A DNA stretch of 62,904 bases, the filler included, from Reclinomonas americana ATCC 50394 (Eukaryota): assembly GCA_048213135.1 (NCBI GenBank). It is 5 parts of 2 records of this genome, joined end to end, with 100 filler letters (N's around TTAATTAATTAA, not from the genome) between each part and the next. Parts side by side here need not be neighbours in the genome. Positions count along the whole stretch, not along the records: positions 29,094 to 53,845 come from PS015214.1; 4 more parts are not named here. The stretch is one strand, 5' to 3'. A model generated the notes under the pieces. That model was given only the letters and a program-made list of their open reading frames with translations, was not told the origin of the DNA and searched no databases. Within the stretch, counting starts at the first letter, position 1. Every line of letters starts with the position of its first letter. This document shows positions 33,764 to 47,500 of this stretch, piece by piece. Made by a program: the position numbers and the translations under genes.

Positions 33764-34981
33764 NNNNNNNNNNNNNNNNNNNNNNNNNNNNNNNNNNNNN
33801 NNNNNNNNNNNNNNNNNNNNNNNNNNNNNNNNNNNNNNNNNNNNNNNNNNNNNNNNNNNNNNNNNNNNNNNNNNNNNNNNNNNNNNNNNNNNNNNNNNNN
33901 NNNNNNNNNNNNNNNNNNNNNNNNNNNNNNNNNNNNNNNNNNNNNNNNNNNNNNNNNNNNNNNNNNNNNNNNNNNNNNNNNNNNNNNNNNNNNNNNNNNN
34001 NNNNNNNNNNNNNNNNNNNNNNNNNNNNNNNNNNNNNNNNNNNNNNNNNNNNNNNNNNNNNNNNNNNNNNNNNNNNNNNNNNNNNNNNNNNNNNNNNNNN
34101 NNNNNNNNNNNNNNNNNNNNNNNNNNNNNNNNNNNNNNNNNNNNNNNNNNNNNNNNNNNNNNNNNNNNNNNNNNNNNNNNNNNNNNNNNNNNNNNNNNNN
34201 NNNNNNNNNNNNNNNNNNNNNNNNNNNNNNNNNNNNNNNNNNNNNNNNNNNNNNNNNNNNNNNNNNNNNNNNNNNNNNNNNNNNNNNNNNNNNNNNNNNN
34301 NNNNNNNNNNNNNNNNNNNNNNNNNNNNNNNNNNNNNNNNNNNNNNNNNNNNNNNNNNNNNNNNNNNNNNNNNNNNNNNNNNNNNNNNNNNNNNNNNNNN
34401 NNNNNNNNNNNNNNNNNNNNNNNNNNNNNNNNNNNNNNNNNNNNNNNNNNNNNNNNNNNNNNNNNNNNNNNNNNNNNNNNNNNNNNNNNNNNNNNNNNNN
34501 NNNNNNNNNNNNNNNNNNNNNNNNNNNNNNNNNNNNNNNNNNNNNNNNNNNNNNNNNNNNNNNNNNNNNNNNNNNNNNNNNNNNNNNNNNNNNNNNNNNN
34601 NNNNNNNNNNNNNNNNNNNNNNNNNNNNNNNNNNNNNNNNNNNNNNNNNNNNNNNNNNNNNNNNNNNNNNNNNNNNNNNNNNNNNNNNNNNNNNNNNNNN
34701 NNNNNNNNNNNNNNNNNNNNNNNNNNNNNNNNNNNNNNNNNNNNNNNNNAGCAATTGCGCGGTGGCTGTGCCGTCAGGCCGACCAGTCACACGATCAGGC
34801 CGAGAGCACGAGGTTGCGCGCCAAGTGCAACTTCTACGAGCGGGCCATCGACAATCCCACCGTGCCCGAGCGTGATCTTATCCTGTGCTCTCAGCAGACG
34901 AGGGAGCACCTCGAGGCACTGGCGGCGTACACACGAAATCCTCTCACGCAGGACATTGTGTGGAAGCTCAAGCTGCCATGA
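28564..34981 (+). CDS. Type II membrane glycosyltransferase (GT-A-like), gapped; Pro-rich stem exon lies on an inverted contig (29195-29559)
   Basis: Signal anchor AVGLLALLFAISAVVLL; VVMPLY, YPRNQLA, YFFLTDNDAIF (DxD) and FIVGRPHLEIFGSYWPPYFHNW. Linking the last exon after the 33764-34749 gap is inferred. Confidence 0.7.
28690..28993. repeat. Compound (GA)n/(GAGT)n microsatellite in intron
   Basis: Directly visible. Confidence 0.9.
30548..30746. repeat. ~24-bp minisatellite ctctctcatccag(g/a)catttcctgt, about 7 copies, intronic
   Basis: Tandem recurrences of catccagRcatttcct. Confidence 0.85.
33683..33763. repeat. (CT)n microsatellite abutting a gap
   Basis: Directly visible. Confidence 0.95.
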
Positions 34982-35141
34982 ACCAGAAAAAAAAAGAAGG
35001 CTAATGTATGTATGTGTTACGCGGAGTGGTAAAAGAACACAGCAGAATAACTTCATTCTTTCTGTGCATGGAGAGCCGCTAAACATCATCGTTCTTATTC
35101 ACAGTTGGTGGGAGGAGAGAGTGGAGTGGAGATTGCCAAAC

Positions 35142-38100
35142 TCATGTCGGGGGCGATGAGGAGGAGGGATCACCTAAAGAAGCTCCCTGTGCCCGAGCAT
35201 TTTCCTTGGCGGCTCGCAGCTTGTCGCGCACCATCTTGTCGCGCAGAAGCTTGAATTGCTGCGCGATGGACGAGGATTGTCAGTGGCATGCAGATGGACG
35301 AAAGCACGAGGAGAGGAAGGGAATAGGGAATGGGGATGACGAAGAAGGCAAAAAGAAAGACATGTAAGTTGTGGAAGACGTGGCAGAAGAAGGTATGAGG
35401 ACAAAAAGAAAAGAACAAGAACCTGCTGGCAGAGAATTGGAAGAGAAAGAATACAACAGAATAGAGACAGGCAAAGCGCGAGCTTGTGATCAAAAGAATA
35501 AATGAGATACACGAAAAGAAAGACAGTGCAGAAGGAGAAAGCGCAAACGAGAGCTTGTTTGTCTCCTCCTTTCTATCCTTGCCTCCTTCTCCTATTTCTT
35601 GTCGCAACTTCATCAAATGCTGTGGACGGCCCTGGAGCCGCTGCTGCTGCTGTTGCTGCTGCCTGCGGTGGTGGCGACGCTGAAGCATCACCTGCCGCGA
35701 CCGACGTCACTGTTGCAGTCGTGGTCGTCGTGGTGGTTGTCGTAGTATTGCTGGTCGCTGTCAGCGCGGAGAGCACAGTGGCCGCCGGGTCTCGCGTGGG
35801 TGGTGAGCGAATTGAATTATCGCGCGAATCATGTGCACTTGCTTGCAAGTGTCCTGCATCCACAAATGGTAATGACGACGAGGCCGCCGTCGGCGTCGCC
35901 GCCGCTGATGCCGACAAAGGCGGCGTCTTGTCGCTCATCCAGCTGTCGACGTGGAAACTCGCGTCACTCGGACGACCGAGGCGGCGGAGTGCTTCCACGG
36001 CCAGCGAGCTGAAGAGGGGCGCTGGTGCCGACGGAGGTGACGATTCAGATGGAGGTGGTGCGGGTCCCGACGCTGAGGCGTCGCGTTGGTACAGCTGCGC
36101 CAGCGTGCCGACTCCCAACAGCGGCCGGCTGCCGACAACGTCACTGTCCAGTATCGCGGCGGCAGTCGTGCCACGTGCCACGTCGCGCTCAGGCTCGGCA
36201 CGCATGGCGGCGTTCGAGTCGTCGTCGTCTTGCTCGGGGAGATCGGCTGCGTTGGGGTTGGCATGACTCAGATCGGAAATGTCACTGAGTGCGCTGAGGT
36301 TGAGGTCGTCCTCGCTGGCCGCCACCGACAAAGCGGCCGGCGAGTCTGCCAGCATTCGACCAGGCATACCGACATGCGGCAGTGACGGCGTGCTCGGAGC
36401 GCTGCCTCCGCCACCACTGCCGCTGCTGTTGCCAAACACCATGTCGGTGCTCTGCACAAACGACAGCATGTTGCCCTTCATCTTTTGCAGTGTGCGAGCG
36501 ACGGCAGCCCTGGCACGTTGCTCTGTCTCCGAGTCGATGACTGGCGCTGTGCAGGTGGCAGTTGGTGAGCTGCTAAAATTGAAAAGAGAGAGAGAGATCT
36601 CAAGAAAATAATCCCTTCCTCCTGTTCCCACTACGCACCCGCATATCCCGGAGATGTCTCGCTTCCGTCGCCGTCGGCAAACGATACACGACGCGACGGA
36701 GTGCCGACTTGCGAGGTCGGTGTCGAGGACAGTGGAGTGATGGACGATGACTGCGTGGCCGCCGCGGCAGCTGCGGCAGTAGCTGCAGCAACCACCGCCG
36801 CCATGGTCGCGGCTGCCGATTGGTTGCCTCCGAGCCCAGCATCGCTACCAGAACGCGAGCGCGACGGCGACGGCGTGCGGTGATCCATCGGCTGCAGGAT
36901 GGACTTGGGTTCGCGAGTCGGAGGTGAATCTGCGACAGGTACCGTAAGCAAATGCGTGGTGATTGGCGACAAGCACCGCTTCCGTTAGCGCACCCAGTTC
37001 AGCTGGCGACGACTGGTCGTCGTCGGCATTGTCGGCGCCTGCTTGCCGATTCGCCAGCGGCCGCACTCCGCCAGGTCCACCGCCAATCACCGCGCCAGAT
37101 GGAGTTGTCAGCTGAACAGAAGAGAGCAACCGTGATGAGACACTGGAGGCACATTTGCTGTGCTCACCAACTCGGATACATGCGTGTTTTGAACTCACAC
37201 TCGAACACAGTATCTCTCATGCCTCTCTCTTTCACAACCTGTTTCTCTCTTTCTTGCCCATTCTTCCCTTTCCAATCTTGTTCCTCATTCTTCCCTTCCG
37301 CTCTCCTGCGCCAACCCCAATACCGATTTCCCTGTCTCTTCTCGTTCTGCCACATCCACCTTCTTACGCACGCCCATGCCCTTCTATTACGATCTCTTTA
37401 CTTCACTCTCTCTTCAGTCCATTGCCACACACTGCACCTCTTGTACCACTCTCTCCTGTCACTTTCACCCTTCTGCATCCACTCTCTTGCCTGTTACATG
37501 CACACGTGCCAGTGCCTTGATTTCCAGTCTGACTGATCTTTTTGCTCGTTCCCACTAACACTTTTGCCATTTCACTTACTTTCGCACGTAGTACTTATGT
37601 AAAATTCTTTCTCCTCATCCGCCTACTTGTCTTCTCTCTCGCCCATCCCACTCCATTCCGACGTCTTTCATCACTCCCAGTCCTAGTTGCTTTCTCTTAA
37701 CTCACTATCGCCCGTTCCAGATTTCGCCTCTACCATCCGCCCCTTGCCCGTGCCATTCTATCATTCCACTCACTTCCTCCCTCTGCCTTCCCCTTCTTTC
37801 CTCCCTTCGCCTCTTCTTTCCTCTCTCCTTCCCCTCTCCTTCCCCCTTCCACCTTTCCCCTCTCCTCCTTTCCCCTCTCCTTCCCCCTTCCCCTCTCTCC
37901 TCCTTTCCCCTCTAACCCCTCTCCTTACCCTCTCTTCCCCCTTCCACCTGCCTTCCCCCTTTCCCCCCATGCTCACCGCCAGAGCCGGCACGCGTGGATT
38001 CTCGTTGGGATTGGGTGCCGACGGTCGCAACCGCTGTGGCGCTGCATCATCAACCTGAGCGGCGGCGTCCACAGTGTTGGGGTTGTCGGTCTCCGCTGCG

Positions 38101-41100
38101 GCCGCGGCTCGCATGCTCTCGTGGCGCTGTCGCTCACTCTCCAACTGCGAGAGGAGCTGATCATGCGACTGCCGCAACTCGACTAACCGCGTACGCGCGT
38201 GCGCCACCGGAGCAGCCGCCTCTGTCGCAACAGCAGCAGCGTCGGGTGCTGCGGTCGGCGTTCCGCGTGCAGGCACACTTGCGCCCCCACCCAGAGCAGC
38301 CGCCATGGCAGCCGCAATGCCGGCCTGGCCTACGCGGAGCGAATCAAAGACAGCTGCATCGGAATCGACTGCGTCCTCCTCGCGGTTGACCTGCGGCAGC
38401 GCAGGTGGCAGCTCGGGCGTCGGCGCTCGATGCTGTGCACGCGGCGGGCCGCCAACTGTCGCACCGGGTGGAACAGTCAGCGTCACCGTTGTGGTAGTAG
38501 TCGGCGGGCGCGTGGGCTCCGCAGGCGGCAGCGCAGGCGGTGCAAACGGAATCGCCGTGGTCAATGGCAGCGGCGACGGTCGAGTCTGCTGCTGCGGCTG
38601 CTGTGGAATCGAATAGCGTGAAAGTTGTTGATCCAGACTGGCCAGCGCCGACACAGTCATGTTGATCTTGTTGCCAAGCTCGCGAATTCGCTCATCCTCG
38701 GCGAGCAGTGCCAACGCAGCCTGATCGGCAATCTCAGATTTCCGTGATGCACTCGGCGGCTCCGATGAAGGCGCGTCGGCCGCCGATGCCGATGTCGCGG
38801 TGTCGGCGGCGGTCGTCGACGGTGGCGGCTGCTGTTGCGCCTGTGCCACGGTGGGACTGCCGCTCGCCAGCGTCGACGGTGAGATGCTCATGTCCAACGA
38901 CTCCGCATCCGACACAGCCAGGTGGCTGCTGGCAGCGCGCGGATCGACGGCTGCTGGGTGCGGAGATGACCCAGTGGCTGGACTGGAGCGGCGGTCACGA
39001 TCTCGCTGCGACACGCAAACAATACAACAATCAGGCCCAAGTGCATGACACGAAAGCAAGCTGCATGCTGCCCGACGCACCGATCGCATCTGTCGCAGCT
39101 CACGGGCCCAAGAATTGGCGCGACGTGATTCGTAGTTTTTGAGGATACGCTGCTGGAGGAAGAGGTTACGCTGCAGCAACTCGCTGTGGTGCTCCAGTTT
39201 TTCCACGTACTCCAGTGAGAGGTGATCATCGCGAGCCCTGCGCGTAATGTCAGCCAACGTCACCACCAGGGACGAGGAGGCCGACGAGGGGGCCAGCAGT
39301 GGGCTTGCCGACGGCGACGTCGATGAACCCAAGACGAACGACGGGGTGGCGGAGCTCCCGGTAAAAGTCGGTGTTCCGCGCTGGTACATGATGGAATCGA
39401 GAGGTGTGCTTGGCGTGATGGCCACCAGCGGTGGACTCGGCATGTGATTGCCAACCACGGCTTCTGCGGCTGCACAAGCACACGAGAAGAGAGATGGGTG
39501 ATCGGAGGAAATAGACAATTAAAAGCACACAAGAAACACCTCCATGTTCCACGTGCTCGGCATCGAGTCCTTGACTGACGCGCAGCAAGCGCTGCCTTTC
39601 GAGCTCATCTCGCTGCAATTGTGCCTGTCTCTCCGCCTGGCAGGCGAGCAGAGTGAGTGCCGCACCTAGATCGCAACAGGATTACACACAACGAACCGAC
39701 TCCACATCCCGCAACACACGTTGTATTTCCTCGTTGTGGATCAGCAAATGCGGCAGCGCCACATCCACATGTGGAATGCCTGCCACGTCTGCGATTGCGT
39801 TTGAGCAGATATATCGCGGGTAAGTGAATACCCTCTCTCTCCTTTCTGCCTCTCTTTCTCTCCTCTGTCTCTGTTCTCTCCGTCTCTCGCTCGCGCGCTC
39901 TCTGTCTCCCCTCTCCGTCTCCCTCTCCGTCTCCCACTCTGTCTCCATCTCCCTCTCCGTCTCCCGCTCGCTCTCTTCCTCCCGCTCTTCCTCTCCTTCT
40001 CCCCCTCCCTTTCCCTCATCCCTCTCCATTCCCTTCTCCCTTTCCCTCCCTCTCCCTTCTCCCTCTTCCCCCTCTCTACGCAACCGACAACTGGCGACAG
40101 GGTGGCGCTGGTAAACTTGCGCCGACGGAATTGTGGCTTCGTGTCGGTAGGCGGTCTCGGGTGCATCGCGGTATCATCAGTTACTCGGAAGGGAGAGCGA
40201 TGGCGTGTCGAAGGGTCCGGCGTCTGTGTCCGTACAGGCGTGGAGCGATGGGAGGCTGTGGCGATTTTTTGGGCATGAGAACCGCGCCCGCACAGAAATG
40301 CTGGTGCACGTCACGCAACTGGGTCGACCGACTGCCGCAGCGGCAGCCTCATCCATGGTGACATGCTGGTGTGTCGACATTGCCTCCGGCACAATACCCA
40401 GAGCGTACACCTCCGATGCGACAACAGCGCTTTGCACCCGTTGGTGCACTTTCTGTCGCCTCTCTTCAGCCCGCTGCGCAGCATGGAACGGCACATGCTC
40501 CGTGGAAGTCGCGACAGAGCCCACTGTAGAAGGGGGTGGAGCTGAACCCGGCCGCTGTCGTGGCGGAGCACTGGCCGCACGACGGTGAACAGGCGACACA
40601 CCGGTCTGTGTGGCGATGCTAGTCCTGCTGGAGGACATGGGAGAGGCGGTCGTGGCCGTAGGCCGACCAGACCTGTACCACCAGCGCATGTAAGCCAAAA
40701 AGCGCACTCTTTCTCTCTGCGAGTGACTTTTCGCACCGAGCTCCGCCCGCCGCCGACGCCGGTGGTGGAGGTCGTGAGGCAGCTGGTGAAGATCGCTTGC
40801 GAGGAGGCGTGCTTGCCGTGCGTCCAGTTTTTGGACTCCTGGAAAAAAACGCGATACAGTGAGACACAAACGCACAGAGACACCCTCTCACTCGAATCAC
40901 ACGCCACCTGGCGCGCGGTGCACTTTGCGATCGTTTTTTCGATGGAGTGGCAGAGCTGGAGCGAGGCCTGTCGTGTATCTGTAAGCAACCGCACACACAA
41001 AGCAGTGGTGGCGAGACACAGACGCAACGCAGACGCCGATCGCGTGGGTGTCTTGCGGGCGGTCGCAGGAGACTGTGCCCGACCCGGCGACGGCCGGCTC

Positions 41101-43418
41101 CGACGAGAGGAATCTGCGTCCGTTCTCACAGTTAGCAACAGTTTTTGTCGCTTCTGAGAAAAAAACCACGCGGCGCACCCCGAGTGGTCCCGAACGTGGA
41201 AATCTCCAACGCCCGTCGAATGGACTCGGCTCGAGGATTCGAGTCGGAGCGATGTAGAGCCTGCGACCGCCGCAATGACCAACGATGAGCGACCCTCATA
41301 AACACACATCCGGGAACACCCACTGTGGCAAACCGTTTGCACTTCCTGCCACTTGCTCCTGGTCGACGCCAGCTGACGATCCAGTTTCTGCAATTCGCGA
41401 CGTAGCATTTGCTCGTCTGCATTTGCCGCACATGAGTTACATTGTTATACACGCACGCGCGCAACAAGTCAGCTGCCTCGCTCACCAAACAGCGTGCGCT
41501 CGACGACACCGGTGGTTCCTGCGCGTTTGGAGACAACTTTGGCGGCCGCTGGCGAGGTGCGCGGCGGCGTGGTACTCCGCTTTGCCGATCTCTGTGTCGA
41601 GTGCAGTGTAAGGAAGGCTTGCGCAAGCAAAACAGACGACACGCACAGGCGCACAAACCTCTCGTGCCGGACTCCGGCTTCGTTGTCGCATTGGCGGCGA
41701 CTGGCGGGCTTGAAAGTGCTGCTCGCCGTTGTGTGCGTTGACCGCCTGCACAAGAGCAGTGAGCGGTACGCTTGCATGCAAGACATGCCACCCGCGACTC
41801 ACCTCATACGGGAACGCCTCGTTGTCGGCGCTCACCAGCGCCGGTTGCCGTGGCTTGCCCTTCACATTGTCACGCAGCATGGCCGAATTCAAGCTACGCG
41901 TCATGCGGTTGCTATACGAGCCCTTGTCGACGGAGCGTCGAGAGCGATCTGAACCACGGGAGGCCGCCGTCGCCGCAGCAGATGCTTCAGCTGCTGCAGC
42001 CTCCGCTGCAGCCAACGCACGCGCGGCCTCAATCCGAGCTTCCTCGGCAGCACGTGCACGTGCTACCATTTCATCTGGCGGCTTGTAGAACTGCCGAATC
42101 GAACCGGGCGACCGACGGCCAGGCGATGTGGACGACGATGTGGGCGCCGCAGATGCATGTGCTGGTTGCCTCTTTCCATCACCACCACCTCCTCCGCGAC
42201 CATTGCTACCATTTCCTCTGCTCGGCGATCGACGAGATGCCGACAGAGGTCGTGATCGCGGAGCCGAAATCACTGCCCTCCCGTTCTGCTCATCCGTCAC
42301 ACGTGTGGCGTCGTCCATGTCGCGAGCGCTACTGAAGCGCACTCCTTTTGGTGGCGTAACAATGCGGAACACGGCAGCACTCTCTTGCGGGCTCTGTTTG
42401 TTCGTCACCAAACACACACTCTGGGTGCACAAGGGACACGGAAGTAGCTGGAGGGAAAGAGGGGAGGAGGAAAGGTACCTTCGGCTCGGCGGTCGGTCGC
42501 AGCGGCGACTGCTGATTGTAGCTGGAGAGTGGCCGTCGTTGCGGCGGAGCTGGTTTGGACGAGCCGGCGGTGGCGGACTTGCGGCTAGAGGAAGCTGCAC
42601 GCTGCACGGAACCAGATGACGAGCGACGCGAGGACGCAGCACTGCCATTGCGTCCCTCCCCGGCCATTAGCGCCTCCTGCTCCGCCCGACTCGGCAACGG
42701 CGGCGCCACATGCTCGTTCGGATCGTTGACACTCAGCACCGGTCGCCCAACCGGCAGCACATTCGCACCAGTGACGTGTGATCGCGACGACGGCTGTGCA
42801 CTGCTGGCCATCGCCGACGCATCTGTCGGCCCACCAACCGCATGCACCGACGCGCGCATGTCGATCGAATTACTCAGGCGCAGCTGTCGCGCAGTCTGCG
42901 TAAACAGCGGTTGTGCCTGCGGTGCTTCGCTCGGCACCTGCTCACTGTGCAAACGATGCTTCTCCAACGCCTCAGTGGACCTCACAAAGAGCGGCGAGGT
43001 CGACATGGTCGCCACCGCGGCTGCAGCAGTGGCCGTCGCCTGCTGTCGCTGTGCAGTCTCCCGTGCGCGTCGCACAACCGCAGAGGCAGTCGCACGCGCG
43101 TCTTGTCGCGACTCCTCTGTGAGTGTGTGCACACAACCACGAGATCAGTTGTCCACCTCTTTCCTCTCTCTCGCTGTGTATGTGAGACGCACCAACAAGC
43201 ACAGAGGCGTAAACACCGCGCAAGTGAGCACTGACGGCACCGTTCTCCGGCTGCGAGGAGAACTTGGCGAGACGATCGCGAGCGATCTCACGTAGACGAC
43301 TGAGCGGCACTTGAGGGCGCGGATCGCCTGTGTGTGATCGCGCGTGAGTGTGCATGTGTGTGTGAGATCGGCGATGTGTGCGGTGCGTGACACAGTAACC
43401 TCCTTCCACCGTGAGCAT
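35142..43418 (-). CDS. Large multi-exon low-complexity/coiled-coil hypothetical protein
   Basis: Long Ser/Ala/Pro-rich ORFs flanked by GT-AG sites, with coiled coils LRRELQKLDRQLASTRSKWQEVQT and HHSELLQRNLFLQQRILKNYE. The last join TAFDE|QFKLLRDK...SPPT* is in phase. It could be more than one gene. Confidence 0.6.
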
Positions 43419-44506
43419 GTCGCACTTCCACGCAAAATCCAAAAAGTTCTTANNNNNNNNNNNNNNNNNNNNNNNNNNNNNNNNNNNNNNNNNNNNNNNN
43501 NNNNNNNNNNNNNNNNNNNNNNNNNNNNNNNNNNNNNNNNNNNNNNNNNNNNNNNNNNNNNNNNNNNNNNNNNNNNNNNNNNNNNNNNNNNNNNNNNNNN
43601 NNNNNNNNNNNNNNNNNNNNNNNNNNNNNNNNNNNNNNNNNNNNNNNNNNNNNNNNNNNNNNNNNNNNNNNNNNNNNNNNNNNNNNNNNNNNNNNNNNNN
43701 NNNNNNNNNNNNNNNNNNNNNNNNNNNNNNNNNNNNNNNNNNNNNNNNNNNNNNNNNNNNNNNNNNNNNNNNNNNNNNNNNNNNNNNNNNNNNNNNNNNN
43801 NNNNNNNNNNNNNNNNNNNNNNNNNNNNNNNNNNNNNNNNNNNNNNNNNNNNNNNNNNNNNNNNNNNNNNNNNNNNNNNNNNNNNNNNNNNNNNNNNNNN
43901 NNNNNNNNNNNNNNNNNNNNNNNNNNNNNNNNNNNNNNNNNNNNNNNNNNNNNNNNNNNNNNNNNNNNNNNNNNNNNNNNNNNNNNNNNNNNNNNNNNNN
44001 NNNNNNNNNNNNNNNNNNNNNNNNCACTGCGCGAAGGCCTGAAATTTAGGGGTAACTTATCCCGGGTTTTGGGTCATCTTACACGTAAGTCTGCCAATGT
44101 CCCTTCCAAAGTCACCCAAAGTCAGCATCCATTCTGAGATCTCCTGGATGGTTGCACGCAACTTGTAGAGCACCGAAAATTGCACGGGAGTGCCGCTGGA
44201 ACCTCGAGTTGATGTGTTACCGATGATGAGTTTGGAGCCGGCCAACAGACTGTCACGACCGTCAACTTTGACGGCGCCTATCCAACACAGCAATCTCACC
44301 GTAACCTCCTCAAAGTCGGCAATATTTCGCAAAGTTCGCCAAATGTCCACCGATCCGTTCGAAACCCGGCAGCGACATGTGCGCCAAGGCTGGTGGCGGC
44401 GGCGAGCACCGATGTGTGGTGGNNNNNNNNNNNNNNNNNNNNTTAGCCGTTATCATCATCATTCATGCATGTGACGAGAGAGAAAATCTGCGGGACATCG
44501 GGGAGT

Positions 44507-47500
44507 CTACATTGTGACAGTGGTCCGCGCTGTCGTCACCTTGTCGCCATCGTCCTCTTCCTCGTCGTCCTCCTCTTCATCTTCAAAGTCGCGATCTGTA
44601 TCATTCTCCGCATTGTTGGCGTACTCATCGTCGTCGTCGTCATCGTCGTCAATCGCCACGAGACTCAGCGACGGAGTCCGTGCGCCACCCGCATCCGCCT
44701 CCAAGTCGGGCGGCACAATCACATCCACATCGGTGGCCGAGAACGCCGCCGACGATTCCAGCATGTCGGCTGCGCACACACCCAACGAAGAGGCACACGT
44801 TAGCCTTCTCCTCCTTCGCCATTTTTCTCACTCCCCCTGCTCTCCTCACCAAGTTCCACCGTGTTCGTCGGCGAGAAAGGAGGCACGTTGATCGGTGGCG
44901 GCACAATCGGCTGCTGCTGCGGTGGCGATGCGCCACCGGCGGCAACCGACGTGGGAGTCGTGTAGTCGACATGATCCAGTAGCGCACCCGTGGGTGGGCG
45001 AACTTGCGTGCCCACCACACCGCGACCGTCGTCCAGCGCCAGGTCGTCATCGTCTTCGGCGTACGAATAGTGCTCGGACGACGAGTCGTCGGGTTTGAAG
45101 GCGCCGAGATGCAACACGACGCGTGGTTTCGGTGTCGCTGCGCCATCACGTGTCAGAACAACAAGAAAAACAAAGCAAGTAGAGTGCGTGTGCACAGTGC
45201 AAACCTCGAGGCGCGTCTCGAACCATGTCCTCGTCATCGTCGGCATAGCCGTACATGGCATCCTCGTCGTCGTCATCCGGGAACTTGGTTGGCAAGGCCA
45301 GATGAACACGCGGTTTGTCACCGACCACCATGGATGGGAGCGTGGCTGCAGCAAAGGAAAAAACGAGTAAGCAATGCCGCTTGGTAAGGAGAACACACAA
45401 ACAACGAGTGCACTCACGAGCGGCGGCAGTCTCCAGATTGTGCAGTTTGCGATGGGCGCCGTTTGCTGTGGGCACTGAGCGATGAGTGTAACTCTCAAAC
45501 GTATCGCGTCACCGCGCTGTGCGCGCACCTGGGGGCGACGGAACAAGTAGCGCTCGCCCGGAACCATGCGACGTCGGCGGAGAGCGCATCGGTGACGTAG
45601 AAGTGGTTTCGCCAGAGGACGACGACTGTTGCGCGGAGCGAGTGCGAGTGGGAGGACCGCTGTTTGGCTCACCAATGCTTTCGGTGGGCGTCGAATCACG
45701 AACCGGCTGCAAACACCACGCGTCATAACAAACGCCTCACGCGAACCACATGCAATACGAGATTGACAACTACATGTACGCACCAAAGGTGGTGGCGGGT
45801 TGGCGAACTTCTCCATGTCGTTGAAGCTTGATGATTCTTCGCTGTCGGCCATGGCCTCTGTAAGAAGGTCCGGTTCTTCGGCCTTGTTGCCGCACAAATT
45901 GATACCGTATTCCTGCGAGAGGCACAATGGAGTGATTTAAACAGGGCGTGAACAAGAATGGTCGGTTCGTGAAGCGCGCGACGAAACTCGCAGGGCCTCG
46001 ACAATTGACTTTAGCAGTTCAACTGCAAAGAGAACCCAACCGATTCCAATCACGATCAACGCACCGCCGAGAAGCACAATACCGAACGTGCCACTGTTGC
46101 CGCTGACTTGTCCACTCTGTCGCCGTACAAATACGAAACGTCTTGAATGAGACAGCAGCACAGCACTCCACATGCAGACACGAACATACACACCTTGATC
46201 AGAATGCCGACAAACAACGATGATGACACCGTGCCTGTGTTGAACAAAAAATGAGCACTTCCACCTCATTCTTCGTCCCCGCTGCCTGTCCTTGCCGCGC
46301 TCACCATAGGCTGCCAGCTGCATATTGAGAGCTCCGGGATCGAGAAGCGGTCGCCGATATGCAAAGAAGACCATGGTGAACACGGCAAGCACAAATGCCA
46401 GCGACAGTTGCGTCACATCCGGCGTGCCGAAGACGACAATAACCGAGGCCAGCAACACCTAGTGCCCCACCATTGCTGGTGTCGGCAACAACAACAGTCG
46501 TACTCCACACTTTCATCGTGCGTACCTTGAAGCCCAGATCCATGCAGACCCACCATTCACGACCGGCCTTGTAATCCGAGTACAGCACAGAGAAGCGATC
46601 GCGCATGACAGCCCAGTCACGCAGTCGTCGCCGCATGTCGCCACCCTCCTGCTCACACCATCGGTGTTGAGTAGACCACAGACAACTTCTTGAGCAGTGT
46701 ACACTGGAGAGACTCACCAGCTGATCCGGCTGATAGCAGTCCTCCACCAAATCCTCATCAATACCGATACCATCGTCGCCACGAGTGGGGAGTCGTCTCC
46801 CGTGCTCATTATTGACAGCCTGCACATCTGGCGATATTTGCTGCCACGCAGCACCCTCTCGCATTTCCTGCACGTCAACAATGCCAACGATGAGTGTCAT
46901 TGGTGGAAATGTAGGTGGTAAACGACGGCGACGCAAACCAGCTTCTTGAAAATGGTGTGGCGATGTGGTGCCTTCAGCGACGTAAGACTGGAGACGATGG
47001 TGCGTTGCATATCGCGCACAAAGTCCTTCAACATGTGTTTCAGTTCCGGCGATTGTTGCACCTCACGACTGCGCATACATCGGCAACTCGCGGTGAGTGA
47101 AAGCTCAGTCACGGAAAAAGGTCGGCACAACTCACACGTGCGAGGCGGCCACAATGCGGTCCATGTGCTGTTGGCAGAACTGCGCCAGTCGCTTGCGCAC
47201 CGGGTTGGTGTGGAAGAGCAGCAGCGCTCCCTGCGCAACGCACAGTCAGTGTGTCTGCATCTGAAGTTACAGAGAAAGCAAAGCAACAACGCACCAGAAT
47301 CACTGGGTACCCGAACGGGACGAGCACAATGAAAATGACCACAAACGGCAGAAAACTCTGCACAAAATCGGTTTGAGTGGAGAATGACGAGATACTCAGA
47401 CGAGCGAAAGCGACACCTTCCACAATGTGTCGTAGCAAAAGTTGCGATAGTCGGCTCCCATGTAGATCAAGTTGTCGTTCAGCTTGGTGCAATTGAAGAA

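Noticed and set aside
44025-44422. 97-aa ORF on a short contig between gaps
   Set aside because: No recognisable domain and too little context.
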